NCBI GenBank assembly: GCA_041653955.1
Contig: JBAZEH010000001.1
Location: forward strand, 53,342 to 117,341
From: Candidatus Omnitrophota bacterium
GTDB lineage: Bacteria; Omnitrophota; Gorgyraeia; Gygaellales; Profunditerraquicolaceae
Length of the DNA: 64,000 nt
Reading direction: 5' to 3'
The notes beneath the pieces were generated by a model. The model did not search any database. It saw only the letters and a list, made by a program, of their open reading frames with translations, and had not been told where the DNA came from. The translations under genes and the position numbers were made by a program. Positions 40,312 to 50,143 of the stretch are shown here, in pieces (within the stretch, counting starts at the first letter, position 1; each line of letters starts with the position of its first letter).

Positions 40312-41052
40312 TTAAATAAACAGCAATGTTGCCACCGCGATAATTATACAATAATATCCGAAATAATGCAATTTTGCTTTATCTAAGGCCTTTTTTAATA
40401 TGCCAAGCGATAATAAACCGGATACCAGGCTGAAGATAAAACCGATAACCAGATTACCGGCGCCGATACCGCAGGCCGCCTGGATATCCTTTGCTTCCAA
40501 TATAACTGCTCCCAATACCGCGGGTATCGAGGCAAGAAAGGAGAAACGGAATGCCGTCTGCCTGTTAACACCCCTGAAAAGAAGGGTAGAAATAGTCGCG
40601 CCTGAACGCGATATACCCGGCACGATCGCCAAACCCTGCGCGATCCCCAGAATAAAGGAATCCTTTATATTCAAAGTGTCCCTCTTTTTCTCCATGAATT
40701 TCCTTGCAAGTATAAGTATTATTCCGGTAACGATCAGAGCGGCGGCAACCAGCCGCGGGGAACTGAATAATCCTTCAAAAAGATCTTTCCCGGATATGCC
40801 TATAACCCCCGTGGCCAAGGTAACAACAGCCACGTATAAGATCAGTTTAAAGTCGCGCAATAAAATTAATATATCCTTGAAAAAAAAGATAATTATAGCG
40901 AGAAGTGTCCCTAAATGCAGTATCACGGATACCGCGAGCACCTGCTCGTTCATCCCGAAAAGTTTTTGAGCAATCACCAGATGCCCGGAGCTGCTTACCG
41001 GGAGGAACTCGGTTATCCCCTGGATAATACCTAATATGGCGTATTTCAACAT
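40312..41052 (-). CDS. uppP: Undecaprenyl-diphosphatase.
   Basis: GITEFLPVSSSGHL N-terminal motif; 8-TM BacA fold. Confidence 0.85.
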   Translation of the reverse strand: MLKYAILGIIQGITEFLPVSSSGHLVIAQKLFGMNEQVLAVSVILHLGTLLAIIIFFFKDILILLRDFKLILYVAVVTLATGVIGISGKDLFEGLFSSPRLVAAALIVTGIILILARKFMEKKRDTLNIKDSFILGIAQGLAIVPGISRSGATISTLLFRGVNRQTAFRFSFLASIPAVLGAVILEAKDIQAACGIGAGNLVIGFIFSLVSGLLSLGILKKALDKAKLHYFGYYCIIIAVATLLFI

Positions 41053-43667
41053 GCCAGCTTCATAACCTCCTCTCTTAAGTTAACGGCGATCGTTTCATAG
41101 TCATCTTTGCCTGCTATGCCGCGCTCCATCAGCTCCGCGGCCAAGAAGGGGCGGCCAAAGACGATCTTTAACGGACAGAGGCGGGGTAGTTTCTTCCCCC
41201 TCGGCCACGAACGGTATGAACCCTTGATATACGCGGGGATAACGGGAATATTCAACTCTTTGATCAGTATGCCTACCCCTTTTTTAAACTCTGCCGTATT
41301 CTCGTCTACGGAACGCCGGCCTTCAGGAAATATGCAGGCTATCTTTTTCTTGGCGAGCACAAAAGAAACTGCCTTAAGCGCCCTGACTAGGTTCGTATCG
41401 GGGTCAACCGGTATAAGGCGCGCTGCCTTCGTCGTCGGCTTTATCAAAGGATGTTCAAGGATATCGCTGTAACCTAAAAAAAACACTTCGGCGGCATCAC
41501 GCGCAGGAAGGCTGCTAAAAACAATGAAACCATCCAAATAACTGGAGTGGTTAGGACAGATAAGATACGGCCCATGCGCGGGCAGGTTATCCGCCCCTTT
41601 TATACGTAAAAACCAGAATACCCTGAAAACGGATAAAAATATAATTTTGAGCGCCCACGCGGCTAATCTATCAGGCAAAGAAGGTTTTATCTTTATGCCT
41701 TTGATAAGGTCTTCTTCTGCCGATAAGAGTATTTTCCCCCACTCAACCCCTGTCCCTCCGGCAGGGCTATCCTGCGTCCGCTTATCCCCAAAGAGGGCTG
41801 AAACACCAAGGATCAGCTCTTTAACCGTAGAAGCGCCGTAAAGAACCTCTTCCGGTATCTTAATATTCAAAACACCCTCAAGGCCCAGCCCCAATTCAAC
41901 CTTTGTCAAAGAATCTATCCCGAGGTCTATCTCCAGATGGCTGCGCGGGTAAACAGGCCTTTTAAGTTGCCCGGAAATATAGTTGATGACTTTTTCGGCT
42001 ATATCCTTCCTTACGATATCATTATCATCCTCTGCCGAAGGCGCCCCTCTCATTTCGTCCTGCGCCGCCGAGTAAAGATATTTTTCTTTTACCGCATATC
42101 TTTTGATCTTCCTTAAAGCAGTGCGGGGGAGCTCCTCTTTTGTAATAGTAAAACCCATAACCCGCTTATATGAAGGCATATCCCGGGAACAGTTCTCCAT
42201 CTCCCAGCGTATCCTTGAACGTATATTGCTTTCATTCTTCTGCCTGAAATACTCAAGGTCAGGCACGACTACCGCGTGTAGCGCCTCTACCGGGCCTCCC
42301 GGCCTCTCTTCTCTTCTTTGTATGACGCAGATCTCTTTTATATACGGGCTACCCGCGTAATACTGCTCCAATTCCTCGGGGTAAATATTTTTACCCGAGC
42401 TCAACACAATGACCTCTTTCTTCCTGCCGACGAGGAATAAATAATTCTCTTTATCCATATAGCCCAGGTCCCCGGAATAAAACCATCCATCCTTTATAAC
42501 TGACCTTGTCCAATCTTCATGTTTAAAATACCCCCGCATAAGATTGGGCCCTTTTATCAAGACCTCGCCCGTTCCTGTATTATCCGGGCCAATGATCTTC
42601 ACCTCCACTCCCGGTATAGGCCTGCCGCATGATCCGAATTTTACCTTATTCAATGGATTAAGTGTCACTACCGGTGATGTTTCGGTCAGGCCGTAACCTT
42701 CTATAATCTTTATGCCGGTGAAACGCGATAACTCCCTGCCTATGCAGGGGGCCAACCTCGCCCCCCCGCTCACAAAAAGCCTCAGGTCCCCGCCCAACCG
42801 CAGGCGCGCTTTGGCCCTGATATGCGGCAGAATAAAAGGCAATAAAAAAGAAGGTATTTTTTTTATCCGCTCCGATATCAGCCCGTGCAATATGGAAAAA
42901 AGCTGCGGTACTCCCACAAGGATAGTAACGCGGCCCTCCCTCATCACCCGCGCCATCTCTTCTGATTTAAGGCCCGGGGAATAAGTGACTGTAGCCCCTA
43001 AAAAAAGCGGCACGATAAACGTCACCATAAAGGCGTAGGTGTGGTGCAAAGGGAGCACGGAGAGCGCGTTATCGGATGAAGCCGCTATGTTGAGTTTCGC
43101 GATACTCATATAATTGGCGCATATATTCGCGTGGCTAAGCAGGACTCCCTTGGGCTTTGCGGTCGTGCCGGAAGTATAGATAAGAGAAGCAATATCTTCA
43201 GGCATAACCTCCGGCATCAGGATTTTATCATACGTCATGGAACCCGTATCCATATCCTCAAAGATAACCGCCCTGCTTAAGCTTTCATTTATATTATCTT
43301 TGATCTTATCGGCAAAGATCTCGCGGGAACAAAATACGACCTTTGCGCCGCTGTCAGCGATAAGGTTTTTGATCTCTGCCTTGCTTAACTGCACGTCAAG
43401 AGGGACGCAGGCGCACCCGGCATGGACTATCCCTAAATAAATAACCGCCCATTCCGGGCGGTTCTCCATAATAAGGGCTGCCTTATCCCCTTTTTTTAAA
43501 CCTTCAGTGACCAAGAATCCGGCTATCTTAAACGTGTTCTCTTCCAGCTGCTTGTAGCTGAAACGCAGCCATTTTCCTTCACGCTTGGCCTGCAGCGCGG
43601 TCTTGTCCGGAAACCCTGATACAGCGTGAGCGAATAAACGCGGTATAACCATTCCTTCTTCCATCAT
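41046..43667 (-). CDS. Aas-like tri-domain enzyme: acyl-AMP/acyl-ACP synthetase, an embedded carrier (phosphopantetheine) domain, and a PlsC-type lysophospholipid acyltransferase.
   Basis: YTSGTTAKPKGV AMP-binding motif; DLGIDSL phosphopantetheine site; PNHSSYLDG (HX4D) and FPEGRRS acyltransferase motifs. Confidence 0.75.
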   Translation of the reverse strand: MMEEGMVIPRLFAHAVSGFPDKTALQAKREGKWLRFSYKQLEENTFKIAGFLVTEGLKKGDKAALIMENRPEWAVIYLGIVHAGCACVPLDVQLSKAEIKNLIADSGAKVVFCSREIFADKIKDNINESLSRAVIFEDMDTGSMTYDKILMPEVMPEDIASLIYTSGTTAKPKGVLLSHANICANYMSIAKLNIAASSDNALSVLPLHHTYAFMVTFIVPLFLGATVTYSPGLKSEEMARVMREGRVTILVGVPQLFSILHGLISERIKKIPSFLLPFILPHIRAKARLRLGGDLRLFVSGGARLAPCIGRELSRFTGIKIIEGYGLTETSPVVTLNPLNKVKFGSCGRPIPGVEVKIIGPDNTGTGEVLIKGPNLMRGYFKHEDWTRSVIKDGWFYSGDLGYMDKENYLFLVGRKKEVIVLSSGKNIYPEELEQYYAGSPYIKEICVIQRREERPGGPVEALHAVVVPDLEYFRQKNESNIRSRIRWEMENCSRDMPSYKRVMGFTITKEELPRTALRKIKRYAVKEKYLYSAAQDEMRGAPSAEDDNDIVRKDIAEKVINYISGQLKRPVYPRSHLEIDLGIDSLTKVELGLGLEGVLNIKIPEEVLYGASTVKELILGVSALFGDKRTQDSPAGGTGVEWGKILLSAEEDLIKGIKIKPSLPDRLAAWALKIIFLSVFRVFWFLRIKGADNLPAHGPYLICPNHSSYLDGFIVFSSLPARDAAEVFFLGYSDILEHPLIKPTTKAARLIPVDPDTNLVRALKAVSFVLAKKKIACIFPEGRRSVDENTAEFKKGVGILIKELNIPVIPAYIKGSYRSWPRGKKLPRLCPLKIVFGRPFLAAELMERGIAGKDDYETIAVNLREEVMKLAC

Positions 43668-44941
43668 AACAGACTTCTCTTATCCCGGCGGGGGATAGCC
43701 GGAACACGTAAAAGAAAGATAAATCCCAACAGGATAAATAAAGACAGGCTAATAAGCGTTATACGATACCCCCACTCTCCCATATCCGAAAGCGCCAAAA
43801 GCATGCCACCCCAGAACAAACTCCCCACTATGGCGGAGAGGTATCCTACCAGATTAAAAAGCCCGAATACCTCTCCTACCCTATCTGCGGGCACGATCTT
43901 TATTGCCATGGCGCGTGATACAACCCATGTCGAACCCAGGGAGACCCCTGCTAAAGCCCCAATCACCCAATACATAACGGAGCTTCTGGCGAATGCGCCT
44001 GCTATAAAACAGGCCCCCCATAAAATAAACACCACTAACAGGCAACGCTTATGCCCGATATAGTCGCTGATGAAACCGGAAAACAAACTTCCGGCTATGG
44101 CAAAAATAGTAGAAAAAATGATGAGATTGACCACTTCGTTTTCATTAAATCCGAACGCGCGCGTAGCGTAGACCGACATAAAAAGTATCACCGCATTTAC
44201 CGCACACAGGCCGAAAAAGGAGGCCTTCAGGAAATCCAGCAACCCCGGATATCTATGGGTATCAAAAGCGGTTATCCTCAATCTCCCGAATATCTCCGCG
44301 ACCTTTTCTTTCCTTAAGAAGGGCGCAAGTTTAAACGGCTTTAAGGGGCCCTTGTCTTTTATGAAGATCAGGCAGGGCAAAGAGAATAAAAGGAAGAGAA
44401 TCCCCGTCGGTAAGAAAGTCGCCTGATATCCGCTCTTTAAAACTACCGGCTTAATCAGGTAGAGCGCGACTATCGCCCCGGTATACCCCATCATCTTACC
44501 GAACCCGGAAACCAGGCCGATCTTCGTTTTGGGTGCGATATTGATCATAAGGGCATTATAGAATACTATGGCAGTCTGGCATCCGAAGTTCGCTACCGCG
44601 AAGAATAACAGGCTTAAAAAAATATTATCGGGGATACCCAAGATCATGGTGAATACCACGGAAAGCAGGGTAAGCGCCACGAGAAAAACCCTGCGCCTGC
44701 CCGTTATATCGGAGACCGCCCCCAGCAAAGGAGCGGATACGGCTATGAATAACGTGGATATACCGAATGCTATGCTATAGAAGATATCCGGGGCCCCTCT
44801 CTCCAGAGTGAGCCAGCGCACAAAGTAAAGGGATACTATATTCAGGGCGAAAAACTGGTTCGCCAGGTCATATAGCGCCCATGATAATATAAGAAATACG
44901 TTCTTGGGCTTTTCTGGATCGGATATCATGGGTTTTTGCAA
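43664..44941 (-). CDS. MFS transporter immediately upstream of the aas-like gene. Synteny matches an lplT-aas lysophospholipid transporter pair.
   Basis: 12-TM MFS protein; the stop overlaps the aas-like start. Confidence 0.55.
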   Translation of the reverse strand: MQKPMISDPEKPKNVFLILSWALYDLANQFFALNIVSLYFVRWLTLERGAPDIFYSIAFGISTLFIAVSAPLLGAVSDITGRRRVFLVALTLLSVVFTMILGIPDNIFLSLLFFAVANFGCQTAIVFYNALMINIAPKTKIGLVSGFGKMMGYTGAIVALYLIKPVVLKSGYQATFLPTGILFLLFSLPCLIFIKDKGPLKPFKLAPFLRKEKVAEIFGRLRITAFDTHRYPGLLDFLKASFFGLCAVNAVILFMSVYATRAFGFNENEVVNLIIFSTIFAIAGSLFSGFISDYIGHKRCLLVVFILWGACFIAGAFARSSVMYWVIGALAGVSLGSTWVVSRAMAIKIVPADRVGEVFGLFNLVGYLSAIVGSLFWGGMLLALSDMGEWGYRITLISLSLFILLGFIFLLRVPAIPRRDKRSLL

Positions 44942-45564
44942 AGGAAATCTGCCATATCGCGCGGTAACGGCGCGAGCAACCGCATATTCTTTCCTGTCAT
45001 AGGATGAATAAACTCAATTTTTTCAGCGTGCAGCAGTAGCCGTTTTGCCCTGAGTTTGAAATCGCGGCGGAAAGCGAACTTAGTTTCTCCTACCAACGGA
45101 TGGCCTATGCGCTTAAAGTGTATCCTTATCTGATTGGTCCTTCCGGTTTGAGGCGCGACTTCTACGATACTATAAGCGCCCCTTTCTTCTACAACCCTGT
45201 ACCCGGTAACGGCGCTATGCCCTTCTATGGGATACTGTATCTTGCCTTCCCGGCTGGATAATCTACCATGCGCAAAAGCGGTATATTTCTTTTTTATGCT
45301 CCTGCGCCCGAACGCTTCCATCATCTTTTTTTGCGCAGACTTCCCTTTCGCGTATATGATCAAACCCGAGGTCTCCCTGTCCAGGCGATGACAGGGGTAT
45401 ATGCGGCAAGAAATGCCTTTTATGAGAGCATCATCATTAAGGATACTGGTTAAGGTGCGGGTTTCTTTTCTGGGGGTTGGGATGGTCAGCAAACCTGCGG
45501 GTTTATCTACGACTAAAAACCATTCATCTTCGTAAACAACGGGTATATTGCTTACTTTAAGCAT
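44926..45564 (-). CDS. RluA-family pseudouridine synthase.
   Basis: HRLDRETSGLIIYAK catalytic motif. Confidence 0.8.
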   Translation of the reverse strand: MLKVSNIPVVYEDEWFLVVDKPAGLLTIPTPRKETRTLTSILNDDALIKGISCRIYPCHRLDRETSGLIIYAKGKSAQKKMMEAFGRRSIKKKYTAFAHGRLSSREGKIQYPIEGHSAVTGYRVVEERGAYSIVEVAPQTGRTNQIRIHFKRIGHPLVGETKFAFRRDFKLRAKRLLLHAEKIEFIHPMTGKNMRLLAPLPRDMADFLCKNP

Positions 45565-45566
45565 AC

Positions 45567-46490
45567 CTATACAATCTTCAGCATCATATCTATGGCTTTT
45601 TTGGCGCGTATGCGGACGGAATCAGAGACCTTAACTTCTTCCTTAAGTTCCTCCAGCGCCCAAAGGATCTTCTCCTGCGTAGTGCGCTTCATATTGGGGC
45701 ACACCGCCCTTTCGGAAGCAGGATAGAATTCTTTGGTGGGATTATCCTGTTTAAGGCGGTATATGAGCCCGACTTCGGTCCCGATAATGAACTCCCTGGC
45801 ATCGCTTTCTGCAGCAAGTTTACCCATCCTGCTGGTTGAAAGCACCGCGTCAGCCATAGATACTACTTGGGGGAGGCACTCCGGATGCACCATTACTATA
45901 GCCATAGGGTGAAACTTTTTTTCCCGTTTTATATCTTCCGGGAGTATCTTAACATGAGTAGGGCAGAAACCGTTCCAGGAGATAAGCTCCCTCCCGGTCT
46001 GTTTTGAGACGTAATCAGCCAGGTATTTATCAGGGACGAATATGATCTCCTTCTTGTCTTTAAATGCCTCAACCACCGCCACGGCATTTGTAGAGGTGCA
46101 ACATACATCTAATTCGGCCTTTACCTCGGCGGAGGTATTCACATACCCTACCGCCACGGCCTTAGGGTGTTTCTTTTTCAGGGCCCTGAGGTCATCCGCG
46201 GTGATCATATTCGCCATAGGGCAACCCGCGAAAAGATCTGGCATAATAACCAATTTATGCGGGCAGAGTATAGAGGCGGTCTCCGCCATAAAATGCACCC
46301 CGCAAAAAACAATCACTTTAGCGTCCGTATTGGCCGCGATACGGCTAAGCTCCAGGGAATCCCCGTGAAAATCAGCTACGTCCTGGACTTCGGGAAGCTG
46401 ATAGTTATGCGCCAGGATCACGGCATCGCGTTTTTTCTTAAGCGCCTCGATCTTCCTGGTTAAATCGTCTGAATGGTTTTTTTTCGTCAT
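45567..46490 (-). CDS. nadA: Quinolinate synthase.
   Basis: ILAHNYQ ... three-repeat NadA fold. Confidence 0.85.
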   Translation of the reverse strand: MTKKNHSDDLTRKIEALKKKRDAVILAHNYQLPEVQDVADFHGDSLELSRIAANTDAKVIVFCGVHFMAETASILCPHKLVIMPDLFAGCPMANMITADDLRALKKKHPKAVAVGYVNTSAEVKAELDVCCTSTNAVAVVEAFKDKKEIIFVPDKYLADYVSKQTGRELISWNGFCPTHVKILPEDIKREKKFHPMAIVMVHPECLPQVVSMADAVLSTSRMGKLAAESDAREFIIGTEVGLIYRLKQDNPTKEFYPASERAVCPNMKRTTQEKILWALEELKEEVKVSDSVRIRAKKAIDMMLKIV

Positions 46491-47555
46491 TTATATCATC
46501 CTGTCTATAATGCCTCCGCCTAAAACCTTATCTTTATCGTAGAATACTGCTGATTGCCCCGGTGTTACGGCAAACTGCGGTTCCTTGAACTTTACCCTCG
46601 CCTTATTCCCAGCGAGAGTAACTACTGCGGGTGCCTCGGAATGATTATACCTTATCCTCACCTTCAAGGCAACCTTCTTTTTTTTAAAAGGAAAAATAAG
46701 GTGCGTATCGCGGAGGGTAAATTCATCTGCATAAACATCCTCTTTTCTGCCTACTGTTATGGAGTTGGCGCGCGGGTCTATCTTTGTCACGTATACGGGA
46801 TAACCCATGGCGATACCTAAACCCTCGCGCTGCCCGATAGTGTAAAAAGCTACGCCGTTATGCCGGCCGAGGATATTGCCGTCCCCATCCAGTATGGGCC
46901 CGGGGTTTGCATATTTTTTGGACCGGGCCTTTAAAAAAGAACGGTAGTCGGCATCAGGTATAAAACATATCTCCTGGCTGCCTAATTTTTCCGCCACCGG
47001 AAGCGAAAAATCCCTCGCTATTTTCCTTACCTCATCTTTAGTATATCCCCCAAGAGGGAATAATATACGCTTTAACTGGCGCTGCCCTAAACGGTATAAA
47101 AAATAAGACTGGTCCTTTTTCCTGTCTCTCCCTTTTCTTAATGAATATTTTGAATTTTTAATAATACGCGCGTAGTGCCCGGTAGCAAGATACGCGGCCC
47201 CTAAGAAGGCCGTCCTCTTTAACAAAGCATCAAATTTTATATACTGGTTGCACCGCACGCACGGATTGGGGGTCCTACCTTTTGAATATTCCAGGCAGAA
47301 CTCTTTGACTACCTTCTCCTCTAAAAGCTTCTTAAAATTCAGGGCATAATGCTTTATACCTAATTTATGCGCGACCCTCTTCGCATCCTCTATCCCCCGG
47401 ATACCGCAACAGGACGGCCTCCTGCCGGAAGAATCCGGAAGATTAAAGCATAATGTTATTCCGACGACTTCATAACCATCGCTCTTTAAGAGCGCCGCGG
47501 CCACCGAAGAATCAACCCCGCCGCTCATCGCCACCACCACGCGTTCTCTTTTCAT
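46491..47555 (-). CDS. mnmA: tRNA 2-thiouridylase.
   Basis: VVAMSGGVDSSVAA PP-loop motif and MnmA-like C-terminus. Confidence 0.9.
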   Translation of the reverse strand: MKRERVVVAMSGGVDSSVAAALLKSDGYEVVGITLCFNLPDSSGRRPSCCGIRGIEDAKRVAHKLGIKHYALNFKKLLEEKVVKEFCLEYSKGRTPNPCVRCNQYIKFDALLKRTAFLGAAYLATGHYARIIKNSKYSLRKGRDRKKDQSYFLYRLGQRQLKRILFPLGGYTKDEVRKIARDFSLPVAEKLGSQEICFIPDADYRSFLKARSKKYANPGPILDGDGNILGRHNGVAFYTIGQREGLGIAMGYPVYVTKIDPRANSITVGRKEDVYADEFTLRDTHLIFPFKKKKVALKVRIRYNHSEAPAVVTLAGNKARVKFKEPQFAVTPGQSAVFYDKDKVLGGGIIDRMI

Positions 47556-47564
47556 AGTCCATAT

Positions 47565-48181
47565 ATTATATCAGGGACGGTTCTCACACTAAAGCAAAAA
47601 GTGTCCCCTTTTTACAGTTAGATATGCGCATTACATGCGTCTATTGTAACAGGAGGTGATAAATATGCCAAGAGAAGCCAGGCGTCTTCTGGAAAATGTG
47701 TGTTATCACATATTATCCAGAGGCAACCAGAAACAGAGAACATTTTTTAAAGAAGATGATTATCTCATGTATCTTGAATTGCTTGGAAAATATAAGGTGA
47801 AATTCAAGTTTAAGCTATATGGATTCTGCCTGATGCCAAATCATGTGCATCTAATGGTAGAGCCGCGAATACCCAAAGATATATCAAAGGCAATAGGAGG
47901 ACTGAATCTCTGCTATACCCAGTGGTTTAATAGAGAATACAATAAAGTAGGACACCTTTGGCAGGATAGATTTAAAAGTTTTATAGTAGCAAAAGATCAA
48001 TATCTTATTAATTGCATAAATTATATAGAGTTGAATCCCATCCGGGCTGAAATTATCCACGACCCTATGGAATACAAATGGAGTAGTTATAGGTCAAGAT
48101 TGACCGGAGATAAAAGAAAGCTATTAGATAAACTAAATATTTTTTAGGGGACACTTTTCCGATTGGCGCGAGAACCGTCCC
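47565..48181 (+). mobile_element. REPtron: a RAYT gene flanked by two inverted REP halves (left 47565-47599, right 47147-48181 region i.e. 48147-48181). Together the halves equal one full nested-palindrome copy split by the gene.
   Basis: Left GGGACGGTTCTC ... AAAAAGTGTCCCC; right GGGGACACTTTTCC ... GAGAACCGTCCC. The RAYT stop TAG is the first 3 nt of the right REP (TAGGGGACAC). Confidence 0.8.
47656..48147 (+). CDS. REP-associated tyrosine transposase (RAYT / TnpA_REP, IS200/IS605 Y1 HuH family).
   Basis: HuH motif NHVHLMV and catalytic Tyr region NYIELNPIRA; 163 aa. Confidence 0.85.
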   Translation: MINMPREARRLLENVCYHILSRGNQKQRTFFKEDDYLMYLELLGKYKVKFKFKLYGFCLMPNHVHLMVEPRIPKDISKAIGGLNLCYTQWFNREYNKVGHLWQDRFKSFIVAKDQYLINCINYIELNPIRAEIIHDPMEYKWSSYRSRLTGDKRKLLDKLNIF

Positions 48182-49974
48182 TACCATTCTAATCTTACTC
48201 CGGCCTCAATCCAGCGGCCGGGCTGCGGTATCCCCTCTATCTCCTGATATTCCACGTTCAGGATATTGGTGGCCTCTAAAAATATCTGGGAATTTTTGAG
48301 AAAACCATATGAAAGGCGGGAACTTAAAAGCAGCCACCCGCGGCGCGAAGGCCTCTTTTTATAAGTTACGCCTATGGACTGCACGCCGAAGGGAAACTTA
48401 AAAATAACGGCGTTATTTACCAGATGCTTTATATAATTAGGCCCGTACTTATAAAGATAACCCTGGTCATCCACGCGTTTATTAATGAATGAGTAGTTGG
48501 AATCAACCGATATGACAGGATTTATCCTGAACCTCAAATAATTCTCCATCCCAAATACCCCGGCTTCGCCGATATTCTCCACCTGCCACTTTGCCTGGTA
48601 GGATGAGCGTTTTACCCAATCAATAAGGTCTTCTTCCCTCCTATAAAATAGCGTAAACCCGAACGACAAACCACCCTCTTTATAATCATAACCTGCCTGG
48701 TAATTAAGCGATTTCTCCGCGGAAAGGGAGGCATTCCCGAGCGTCACGGGGTCATTGTAATAAAGTTCCGTAAAGGAAGGGACACGCGCGCTCCGGGATA
48801 CCCCCGCGTGCACAAAAGAGCGGTTTGAAAGCTTATACCTGGAGTTTAGCGAACCGGAGTATATCTCGTCGAAACCTTCAAAATTGTCCATGCGCAGCGA
48901 TAGCCCTAAAGACAGGCTCTCGTCCAATTCTTTGCTATCGTCAAAGAATATACTTTCATGCCTGCGCATATGCCTGCCTAAATTAGTTGAATTTATCCTC
49001 TCTTCTCCGTATTCCACCCCCGAACCTGCCCTCCCTAAAATACCGAGCTCTTTCTGCAGGTATATCTTCGGAGTATATATATCTGTGCGGTGATGGTTAA
49101 GGTAAGAACTCTTACCCTGGGTCTTATCCAGCGCGAATTTATCATAGTGCCTGCGCCATAAGAAAGAAGGCCTTATGATGAGTCCGTCTTTATCCAGATT
49201 CATCCCGGTATTTAAGAGATAAGTCTTAATCCACTCTTTTGAAGGATAATCCAGGCCGGGAGTGTAGAAATCATAAGCCCCGTACTCCTTCTCCTGATAG
49301 CCGAAATTAAGATCGATCCCCCCATCAGGAATATCAAAAGATGAATTCAAGGTAGTGGTAAATTTTTTGAAGTCGGTATCATAGCTAAAGCCATCAGACT
49401 CCTGATTTTCCAGGCTAAGCCTTACGCCCAGCCTATCGGTTTTCTCGCTTATGCTGAATAACCCGGAGAATGTGCGATGCTCCCCTCCCTTTAATTCCAG
49501 GACCGCCCCCTTATCCTCTGGTTTCTTAAGGGTGATATTTACCGCACCTCCCATTGCATCAGGCCCGAACAATGAAGAACCTGCCCCGGGAAGCACTTCA
49601 ATCCTTTCTATATCCTCGCTGGTAAGCGGTATATCGCAATTATAATGGGCTGTCTGGGGGTCATTTATGCGCTCTCCGTTCAAAAGCATAAGGACCCCCT
49701 GGAAGGTGGAGCCACGCAAAGAAAAATCACTCTGTATGCCCCCTTTGGGAGAACGGCTCGCCAAGTCTAAAGGCAATAAATTGAGGGACTCGACAGGCGA
49801 CCCAAAAGGCAGGCCCTTTGAATCTTCAGCGGATAAAGAAAACGGCCTTAAAAGATGGTACCTGCTTTTGGTAACGACTATCTGTTCAAGTTCTGTCCCG
49901 CAATATGCCCGGCCGAAACAAGAGGCGGCCGCGGCAACCAGAAAAAATAAACCGCCCTTTCCTGCATTTAACAT
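48181..49974 (-). CDS. TonB-dependent outer-membrane receptor.
   Basis: Signal peptide, plug region, beta-barrel length and C-terminal aromatic residue (… VRLEW). The stop codon abuts the right REP. Confidence 0.7.
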   Translation of the reverse strand: MLNAGKGGLFFLVAAAASCFGRAYCGTELEQIVVTKSRYHLLRPFSLSAEDSKGLPFGSPVESLNLLPLDLASRSPKGGIQSDFSLRGSTFQGVLMLLNGERINDPQTAHYNCDIPLTSEDIERIEVLPGAGSSLFGPDAMGGAVNITLKKPEDKGAVLELKGGEHRTFSGLFSISEKTDRLGVRLSLENQESDGFSYDTDFKKFTTTLNSSFDIPDGGIDLNFGYQEKEYGAYDFYTPGLDYPSKEWIKTYLLNTGMNLDKDGLIIRPSFLWRRHYDKFALDKTQGKSSYLNHHRTDIYTPKIYLQKELGILGRAGSGVEYGEERINSTNLGRHMRRHESIFFDDSKELDESLSLGLSLRMDNFEGFDEIYSGSLNSRYKLSNRSFVHAGVSRSARVPSFTELYYNDPVTLGNASLSAEKSLNYQAGYDYKEGGLSFGFTLFYRREEDLIDWVKRSSYQAKWQVENIGEAGVFGMENYLRFRINPVISVDSNYSFINKRVDDQGYLYKYGPNYIKHLVNNAVIFKFPFGVQSIGVTYKKRPSRRGWLLLSSRLSYGFLKNSQIFLEATNILNVEYQEIEGIPQPGRWIEAGVRLEW

Positions 49975-49980
49975 GCGTTT

Positions 49981-50008
49981 ATTATAAAAAAGGGGCGGTA
50001 ATTGTCAA
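49981..50008 (-). promoter_or_regulatory. Consensus sigma70 promoter (TTGACA-16-TATAAT) only 6 nt upstream of the TonB-receptor ATG, suggesting a leaderless transcript.
   Basis: TTGACAATTACCGCCCCTTTTTTATAATAAACGCATG on the minus strand. Confidence 0.4.
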
Positions 50009-50143
50009 CTAAATTATATATTAAGGTTTACAATATGCTAATTAACGCCTTTTATGTATATTAATAAGGTTTGGCGTGAGTTCGGACGCATAAGTTATGT
50101 CGATTAGCCAGGCTAATGAAATTCCCATAACTTATCTCCTCGC

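Noticed and set aside
49975-50143. Possible cobalamin or other riboswitch upstream of the TonB-dependent receptor.
   Set aside because: The intergenic region is short and AT-rich, and no B12-box or other conserved riboswitch core could be recognised. It looks like a plain promoter.
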